Source of the DNA: Bugula neritina
Lineage: Eukaryota > Animalia > Bryozoa
Assembly: GCA_964035545.1 (NCBI GenBank)
Contig: OZ037771.1
Span: 9,479,408 to 9,543,407, forward strand
DNA: 64,000 nucleotides
Reading direction: 5' to 3'
Every line of letters starts with the position of its first letter. Within the stretch, counting starts at the first letter, position 1. Of the stretch, positions 55,318-64,000 are shown piece by piece. The translations under genes and the position numbers were made by a program. Below the pieces are notes generated by a model. It worked only from the letters and a program-made list of their open reading frames with translations. It ran no database searches and had not been told where the DNA came from.

Positions 55318-55880
55318 AGCAAAAGGTAAATATATGAAAAATGGTGCACAGGAGTAGGTATATATGAATAATGCTGAATGTGACAAAGAGTAAGTATATG
55401 AATAATGCTGAATGTGAAAAAGAGTAAGTATATGAATAATGCTGAATGTGAAAAAGAGTAAGTTTATGAATAATGCTGAATGTGACAAAGAGTAAGTATA
55501 TGAATAATGCTGAATGTGAAAAAGAGTAAGTATATGAATAATACTGAATGTGACAAAAAGTAAGTATATTATGAATAATATTGGATGTGACAAAGGGTAA
55601 GTATATGAATAATGCTGAATGTGAAAAAGAGTAAGTATATGAATAATGCTGAATGTGACAAAGAGTAAGTATATGAATAATGCTGAATGTGACAAAGAGT
55701 AAGTATATGAATAATATTGAATGTGACAAAGAGTAAGTATATGAATAATGCTGAGTGTGACAAAAAGTAAGTATATGGATAATACTGAATGGTGCGCAGA
55801 GGTACATTCATGGATGATACTGATTGGTGTGCAGAGGTACATTGATTAATAATGCTGAGTATGGCAGAGGTATATTTGTG
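55318..55880 (+). repeat. 34-bp tandem repeat (gaataatgctgaatgtgacaaagagtaagtatat)
   Basis: Period 34; degenerate at both edges. Confidence 0.93.
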
Positions 55881-56011
55881 AAGGACACCGAACTCCAGGG
55901 TATTTGCTAATAAAGTGAGCTCAACGTAAAACGTTTATACTGAATTGCAAAAAATTTCCACCAACTAAAGTAATACATAAATGTGACAATTTTCTTTAGC
56001 AGAAAAGTATA

Positions 56012-56598
56012 AGCTTGAGGTTACTTGACAAGAGATTCCCCACGCGAGTCTAGGTTTAGAAAAAACGCATTCTTCAAGTGACCTGCCACACACAATTCGC
56101 GTGTTGCGGGTGCGGGAATTTATTAGCTAATGATCTTGGAGTTTAAGCATAGGGCCACACGCGGGATCTACCCGCAGGTGACGTGCGAGAAAACCTGTTT
56201 AGCCCAAAAATGGGAAGCTGTGCGCAGATTTTCATGCGTAAAACATGCTGAGCGAGAAGTGCGGCAAGCTCGTGCTTGTTTGATCTAATTGGCTTATTAT
56301 AATTTAGCCAGCAGACTTTTTTATTTTAATTCACGATTTAGCTTTTAGCGAACTGAATTAAAACAGTTTTATATAGTTTGCATTTCCGCTTTTACAATAT
56401 CTAGTCACTTTGTCGATGACGAAGTTTAAAAACAAACATAGGTAGGCGAGCAGTAAAGTTAAACTCCAAAATCATTAGCTAATAAATTTCCGCACTCGCA
56501 ACACACGCATTGTGTGTGGCAGGTCACTCGCAGGACAGGTTTTTTTAGCAATTTACATGAACCTGCGTGGGGAATTTCGCCTTGTGTGGCCCTATGCT
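56012..56598. mobile_element. Compound MITE (two left ends, one right end)
   Basis: agcatagggccacac at 56146-60 is inverted at 56584-98; 56036-56146 is inverted at ~56459-56575. Confidence 0.65.
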
Positions 56599-56613
56599 AT
56601 ATATATATATACA

Positions 56614-56704
<91 letters not shown>

Positions 56705-56778
56705 CAGACTAAACGAATTGCCACACAGCACAGTTTCTGATCAAATTTACGAATTTATTTTTAGACAAGTCTCTATCC

Positions 56779-57744
56779 ATGTGGTTGTGCACACTCTACA
56801 TTTTATTAAGTACAAACAGCTTTAATGTGAGAGCGCAGACAACAACTTCCACACAAGCACCCACGCTAGTACCCACAACAACTGCCACACCAGCACCCAT
56901 ACTGACACCCACAACAAGTCCCACAATTACTACACCAATATCTACAACAGCTGCTACACCAGCACCCACACCAACTACTACACCAGCACCCGCAACAACT
57001 ACTACACCAGCACTCACACAAGCAGCCACATTAGCTCCCACAACAACTATTACACCAGCACCCGCAACAACTACTACACCAGCACTCACACAAGCAGCCA
57101 CATTAGCTCCCACAACAACTATTACACCAGCATTCACAACAACTACTACACCAACACCTGCAACAACTACTACACCAGCACTCACACAAGCAGCCACACT
57201 AGCTCCCACAGCAACTATTACACCAGCACCCACAACAACTATTACACCAGCACCCACAACAACTATTACACCAGCACCCACAACAACTATCAGACCAGCA
57301 CCCACAACAACTGATACACTAGCAGCCACAACCACTGCAAAACTAGCACTCACACTAGCACCAACAACAACTACATTAGCACCCACAACAATTGCTATAC
57401 CAGCACCCACAACAACTACTACACTAGCAGCCAAAACCACTGCAAAACTAGCACTCACACAAGCACCCACACTAAGTCTCACAACTACTAAACCAACACC
57501 CACAACAGCTGCTACACCAGCACCCACACCAACATCTACACTAGCACCCACAATAACTGTTACACCAGCACCCACACCAACATCTATACCAGCACCCACA
57601 ATAGCTGCTACACCAGCACCCACAACAACTACTGTACCAGCACTCACACAAGCAGCCACACTAGCTCCCACAACAACTGCTACACTAGCACGCAGACCAG
57701 CACAAAACTCTCCAAATGATGTAAATGAGAAGAACAGCAAGTAA
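56779..57744 (+). CDS. Secreted mucin-like Thr/Pro/Ala-rich protein (may be one exon of a longer gene)
   Basis: 321-aa ORF. The hydrophobic N-terminus MWLCTLYILLSTNSFNVRA|Q resembles a signal peptide and is followed by ~8-aa APTTTITP-type repeats. Acceptor tttatttttag ends at 56764; possible donor AA|gtaaag at 57741. Confidence 0.65.
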   Translation: MWLCTLYILLSTNSFNVRAQTTTSTQAPTLVPTTTATPAPILTPTTSPTITTPISTTAATPAPTPTTTPAPATTTTPALTQAATLAPTTTITPAPATTTTPALTQAATLAPTTTITPAFTTTTTPTPATTTTPALTQAATLAPTATITPAPTTTITPAPTTTITPAPTTTIRPAPTTTDTLAATTTAKLALTLAPTTTTLAPTTIAIPAPTTTTTLAAKTTAKLALTQAPTLSLTTTKPTPTTAATPAPTPTSTLAPTITVTPAPTPTSIPAPTIAATPAPTTTTVPALTQAATLAPTTTATLARRPAQNSPNDVNEKNSK

Positions 57745-58069
57745 AGCATGATTTATTCTTCAAATTTGTTGATAGAAAATATTTCCAAATAATTTATGTC
57801 GTGATGTTAGAAATATGCCATTCACAGGGTGGTAGCAATATACCAATATTGTGGTTAATTTTGGGAGTTGCGTTTCGTATTCAGTAATTGCATTGGTGTA
57901 GTTTCTGTTTATTTTAATTGCTAAAACCTCGTCGTAATTTATTGTTTATATTTTCAGACCAATTTTTCTTTTGTGTACTGTGAACCGATCTTTGATAAAA
58001 AGTTGGCAAGTGTCAGAAATTCATTCGTTTGATTGGGAGCTCCAAATTCATGATTCGCTGATTTTTAGC

Positions 58070-58315
58070 CGAAGATCAGCGGAATATTCTAAATACACTT
58101 AAATAATCAAGGTTCCTTTTAATTTTGCTTGATTTCCCATGTTTTTCCTAATTATTCAGCTACTTTCAATTGCGGGTTGTTATAGCTTTTTTGTAACGGT
58201 CCACAATCCAAATTAGCTAAATTAATAGAAAAAGACATGGGAAATCAAGCAAAATTAAAAAGAATCTTGATTATTTAGGTGTATTTATTGATATTTTACT
58301 AGTTTTGGGCAAAAA
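58070..58315. mobile_element. Palindromic fold-back MITE-like element
   Basis: 58083-58161 is an imperfect inverted repeat of 58214-58295. Confidence 0.6.
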
Positions 58316-58399
58316 CCCTTGTTCATTAGCAGCTAAATGGAGAAAAAAACCTAAAAACTGGAGATTTCCAGTGTATACTAAATTAGGTAAAATGGCCCA

Positions 58400-61300
58400 G
58401 ATATATATACGAACAAAGACAACTCTCTGCTTCTCTACTCACTTACAAAGAGTTATGTTCTCTATCTAATTTTTGTTTTAAATCTACACAATTATCACAT
58501 TAAGATCTGCAAATAATTAGGTGGCCTTAGACACAGAGGTAAGGAGGCCAAATGGCTAATGCAGGGGGGGGGGGCAAAACCAGAAGAAGATGCCGTTACC
58601 ATGGAGACGTTGATCAGAGCTCTACAAAAAATTAGAGAAGCTGGGCAGGCACCACCTGGAGACAGGTATCTCTCCAAGCCCCAATTTTTGGAGGGGTGGA
58701 GACATCGAGTAGTTCATCTGAGAGTTTGAAGATGTAGACACCATTGCCGAGTAGTTTGCACCAGTGAGGCTCCTTCAACACCGGAGCTGCTTGACGAATT
58801 GGGCCGAGTGTAATGGCCTAGGTCCTGATGTGGACCATATCTTTCAGGCCCTCACAACATAATTTGGCATGACCGCTCGGAGCATCAAGGAAAAGCTACA
58901 GAGCCCCAGGAAGGACCACAGAATGTCCCTCCAAAACCACACTAACCAGGTAGAGAGGTTGCTACAGATTGCCTACAGCCGCACAGAGCAGGAGCAGCGT
59001 CAGAGCATGGCCTACAAAGCATTCTTAAGGACCTTAAAAAATGCGTTGCTATAGCGCTATCTCCTGGCAGCAAAGGTAGACACTATTGAGGTTGCTGTGG
59101 AGATAGATGGCTTACTGCCGGATTGAGAGACTTCGAGATGCGGACTTCACCGCCAATTAAATTAAAGAAGATGAACAGGGGCAGCTCCGCCCACCCCATC
59201 AGTGCCTCAAATTGCGGCTGCTACCACGGCATTGCCAGCCCCCATGAAGTTCACCATGCTGATGGGTTTGATGAAGGACCTGCAAGCAGAGACGAGGAAG
59301 ATACAGCAAACTCAGGCTAACAGATGACTGCCCAGATTGTGGGACAACACTGTCAGGCCTCCCTCCATCACCTGCTTGAGGTGTGAATCTGTAGGACACA
59401 TGTAGTAAGACTACCTATGGGGAAAGAGAGTGCCTTGAAACCTCTAAGGCCTGCAGTGACTGCCGCCAAGTGTGGGCCCAACTCATGACATTCGAGAGTG
59501 GGCAAGCCTTGAGCCATACAAAGGTGCGCATGGTACGTTGGCGAACGAATTGTGCATTTTTTCCTGCTGTATCATTAATCTACCTGGAAGAGTACGTGAT
59601 CAGGTAATCAGACTTTCATTGTTGGCCACCTGAATAAAGACGTCACCATGAGCATGCAATTTCTAGAGAAACACTAGTGTCACATTAATTTTCAGAAGTT
59701 GGCGGTGGTTATGGCTGAGAAAGAACTCGTCTGTGTTGACAAGTTTGGCAAGCCCTTAGTGGGCAAAACTCAGGTAGTACAGGACTGCACGATACTAGGA
59801 CGGTACCAGGTCTTCCTACGCTTCAGGATCAATTGTACGATGATTGCTGAGCTGGGAATAGTAGAGGGGATGCACTGGAAGCTTCAACTGGCAAACAGCC
59901 TGAATCGGCTATACTGTCGAGGAATGCTCCCTGTACAATGCATCAACTCTTTCACGGAACCGGCTGATGCGTTGGTGAGGAATTAATACTCTATCCAAGA
60001 AGAAGATGTGGGACCGGTACTGGAGACAGTGGCCCAAGGAACCCTATCGGAAAAAATGAGGAGCAGTTTTAGAGCATGTGGCTGATTTGTGTCAAGGAGC
60101 CTGTGGAAGCTGTAGCAGTAGCTCGGAGCATCAGGAGCTGGCTCAGCTACTCCTGGAATACGGTAATGTATTCAGCTGTAAAGATGACAACATTGAGCTG
60201 CCTAAATTTGTCTGCCATGGGATACCCTTTTGCAGCAGCCACTGTTTCCATCAGGCAGCCTACTCAATGACTTGGCCTAGAGTAAGAGGTAAGTCAGCAA
60301 GTGCAAGACCTTCTTGAACGGGATCTGATTGAGCCAGCTCTTGGCACGTGGAGTTTACTGGTAGTTCTGGTCAAAAATAAAGATGGTAGCTAAAGGTTCT
60401 GCGTGGACTACCGCAAGCTCAACAGCGTTATCATTCAGGATGCTCACCCTTCCGTTGAATAAAAGAGTCACAAGGTGCCCCCACGGTGAGCCAAGACAAG
60501 ACAGCATTTATCATCCGCAATGGGCTCTGGAAGTAGAAAGTACTGCCATTTGGATTAACGTCCACCTCGGCAACTTTCCAACGACGCATAGATCAAGTCT
60601 TCAGTAGACTACACTGGAAGACGCTACTCATCTATCTAGACTTTGCGACTCATGTCAGTTGTCTGCGAGAAGTCTATGACTGCCTCTGGACAGCAGAATT
60701 GAAGTTGAAGCTCTTACAGTTCGAGGTTATGTACCTGAGTCACATGGTTGGCTGGGACAGCGTTGCTACAGATCTAGAGAAGGGACTGACTCTGAAGGAT
60801 TGGACTGTCCCCTGAGACCTCCGTTAATTGTGAGCATTCCAGGGCTTGGTAGAGTGCTACAGGCAAAACATACTTAGGTTTGCAGGAGTGACACAGCCTT
60901 TGAATCAGCTAAAAAACAAGGGGTCAGGAATTGGACACAGGAACAGCAGCAGGCGTTTTTGAAGTTCCAATATCTCTGCCGCTGCTGGAATTTCCTCTAA
61001 ATCTATCAAGCAGCTGGGAAAAAAAATGAGTGGTTGGTCTATGTGCTTTCTGATGGCAGTTGATCTGGGACACCCATAAACAGGTCTATGCTGGGGCCAG
61101 TTGAGTTATCAGATGTCTACAGCTGCGGTGATACTGGCCTGGACTGACTCGAGGCATGCGACTGCAGATACGGCAGTGTGAGATCTGACAGGCTAGCAAG
61201 CATGGCCGCTCACGGACACCACTGGTTGACACCGGGTGTATGCTGAACAACTGTGGCAAGTAGCGGCAGCCAGTAAATTTATTCAATTGTAGGCCATTAT

Positions 61301-62965
61301 CCGCCAGAGATAACCCCTGGATTTTGGTGCTCATGAATCAATTTACCCGCTGGGTAGATACCCTGGATATTCCATATGCCCCAGCCCCCACAGTAGCTCG
61401 GGCCCAGAACCAACATGGGTTCTGTCCCTTTGGGTTATCAGAGCAAATCCATACAAACCAGGGTGCCTAGTTTCATTCTCAGCTGATGAATGAACTCTGC
61501 TGAATATGGGGAGTAAATCAGTGTCGAATAACCCCATATCACCCCCAAGAAAACGGAGTTGTGGAACAGAGCAACAGATATTAGCTGACGCCCTAAGGAG
61601 TCTATCCTTAGACAGGGGTCAGGAGAAATGAAACGTGGTGCTGCCGAAAGCCATGCGGGTGTACCACAGCACACTACACTCTAGCACACAGAAGACCCCA
61701 AACCTGCTGATGCTCAGCCGGGAGACCCGCGATCTAGAGCACTGGACATACCATTTTCCAGCACCGAGGTCCCAGTACATGAGTAAGTGGGGAAGCTAAT
61801 GGAGAGGATGAGGACAACCCAAGAAATTCTGTGGGAGAAGCAGTAAAAGGTGCGGATCGAAGACTCGGAGGAACTTCCCCCTTGTATCAAGTAGCAGACT
61901 AGGTTTAAATCTTCAGTCATCATAGGCATCATGAACAGTCGGCTAAGCTTTAGCCCAAGTTTGTTGAACCGTACTGTGTGGTAGAGGTCCTGCTCAATCA
62001 CTCGTATTGTGTAGAGTGCTCTGGACAGATTGTGGTCTGGAGAGAGCAGTGGCTGAAGCCATATCAGGTCAGCTGGATGCTGCACGACAGGTGCTTCTGC
62101 TACTGAAGCCAGCTTGTTGACCTATTGCAAGAGAGAAGATACCTCAACCTATAGAATGGGAGATCTTCATCCCTAGGCAGGACAAAACGAGAAACACACT
62201 AGATCCGCCCACTCAGCTTAGAACCCCGGTTCATCTAGCTCCGGGCAAGGCCTAGCGGCTCATAAGTAGATGACATGCCCACCCCCCAAGTGTGCGAAGG
62301 CGGGGTCACCCCATCTGTAGAGCCCGCAGGATGCTCAACCTCCCAACAACCTTTGGCTTTGGAGAGATGTCAACATGACCAGAGACCTTTCAGCTACCTG
62401 GCAAATTACCACTGTCAACATCTCAAGCTGAAACCTCTAAGAAAACAGGAGGAAATGGTACACCAGGTGCAGATAAAATTCTGAGCCGGGAAAGAAAAGT
62501 AGATCTGAAAGCTCAGGTCAAATCTGAAAACGACGACCCACCAACCAACCCAGTTAGCCCGCCAGTAGCCATCCAGCCTGTTTGAGTTGTGTTGGCCTGG
62601 GTAGGCAATCATACCCTGGACACACGGATCACACGGACCCCATCCAAGAGAAAAAAGAAAGGGTCACAACCATCCCGTTGACCTAGCTGATTAGAGCTGG
62701 AACCACCACGACCATCAATGAACAGACCCTCACCCAGCCTCTATGGGTAGCTTAGACCACAGGGCAGCCAAAATAAAAAAAGGATCCAACTTACCCACAT
62801 ACAATTGTCTCATCACTGGCAGATTAGGGCGCTTTCTTGCCAAGAGAGCAATTTGAACAGAGGAGATAAAGAGCCTGATGCATCGACTCTGATGACTGAA
62901 AGAACTGGCTGGGAGCTGCCAGCATTAGCCACCTAGACTGTATACATTCTGTGTGATACTATTGT
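58400..62965 (+). mobile_element. Heavily decayed Gypsy element 3 (5' LTR remnant, gag, internally deleted pol)
   Basis: 58420-58499 resembles the end of the element-2 LTR (gagttatgttctct...). gag starts at ATG 58552, with a degenerate zinc knuckle CLRCESVGH at ~59373. RT FCVDYRKLN at ~60397. The integrase and 3' region are collinear with element 2. Confidence 0.88.
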
Positions 62966-63316
62966 TTGTTTTTTATACAAACACACACACGCACGCACGC
63001 ACACACACACACATATATATACATATATGTATATATAGATATATATAATATATATACATATATATGCATATATACACACACACACACATATATATATATA
63101 TGGGGGTTTAGATTTACGGCTTTTTTAACTTTATTTCAGACAAACATTTCAAGTGCAACTTGTCTGATCATATTTTCTATAAATTATTCTTTCAACAGTT
63201 TTCTAAAAAAAGAACAAAATAATGTACACAATTTTGACTCACTACTGTATAAATGTTAAATTTAATAATTCTAATTATCTATCTAATTAAAAGAACTTGG
63301 ATCCACACAAAAACAT

Positions 63317-63720
63317 TGTTATGAATTTATGCGATTCACTCTAAGTGTGGGTATTGAAGACTAGATGCTTGCAGATTACTAATCTAGAGCGTCGAGTATA
63401 AATAAAGGTTTATTAGATACAAATTATATAAGAGTCAGTGAAAATAATACAAGTAAGAAATAAAACTACATGACTGATATCAGGTACGCAACTACTTAAC
63501 TAAACAAGCTCCACTCTGCAACAACCTGGGGCTTGCACATCACAGTCCTTATGTACATGTGCAGCTGATGATCGTTAGCCAATCCAGATTGATTGATCCT
63601 CAGCCAATGATATACGAGATAGCGTGGCATATCAAAGTGATAACTTCTAAGTACTAAGCTAAGGTAGCGGAGCATAGTACGGGAGTAGTGTCACTTCAGA
63701 GGAAACCGCAATTCCTTACA
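63317..63720 (-). mobile_element. Possible solo LTR
   Basis: TGTTATGAATT...AATTCCTTACA imperfect terminal IR (9/11) and a minus-strand AATAAA at ~63409; no TSD found. Confidence 0.35.
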
Positions 63721-64000
63721 ATACTTTCAAAACTGCATTGCAGTTGTACAAGTATATAGGTTTTGGTGCCAGGAGGTTTTAATGGGGGAAGGTGTATGCA
63801 GTAAATAGTGAGGTTTTGTGCTATTAGAACTAACATTAATATTGTAATGGCTAGCGGAAGTGGGAGCCTCTCTGTCCCCTGCTTAACATATAGTTATAGT
63901 TTATAGTCATAATCAGTTATAAAGTTTCCATCCCAGTCTTCCTGTTTTGCACGCGGCGGGCAACATGAGCTGATGAATAACATTGTGGATCTACTCGCCA

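Noticed and set aside
56796-57749. 317-aa Val/Gly/Ala ORF on the minus strand
   Set aside because: Antisense shadow of the ACA/CCA/GCA-rich mucin-like ORF.

Overview
This is AT-rich, intron-containing eukaryotic DNA, probably from an invertebrate animal, with many (TA)n microsatellites. Two spliced minus-strand TRIM-family genes can be assembled by hand with phase-consistent GT-AG junctions. Gene 1 is a TRIM2/TRIM3-like filamin+NHL gene (13 coding exons, 13544-23683, ~879 aa) with no visible RING. Gene 2 is a RING-variant/B-box/coiled-coil/beta-propeller TRIM (7 exons, 42337-47727, ~675 aa). A plus-strand signal-peptide + Thr/Pro/Ala mucin-like ORF lies at 56779-57744. Three decayed Ty3/Gypsy elements are present (32730-38916, ~48800-52628, ~58400-62965), along with a tRNA-derived SINE, several MITEs and several satellites. 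The most unusual items are: (1) a 272-nt type I hammerhead-ribozyme unit (retrozyme/Penelope-like) inserted twice into (TA)n, once sense-oriented inside a TRIM intron; (2) a 72-bp tandem array that amplifies the 3' end and splice donor of a TRIM coiled-coil exon into 13 extra phase-0 donors and potential 30-nt micro-exons; (3) a Gypsy element carrying an extra C2H2 zinc-finger/coiled-coil ORF; (4) a ~10-kb (TA)n-flanked element with inverted ends whose terminal motif has expanded into a satellite. All calls are by-eye; no searches were run.
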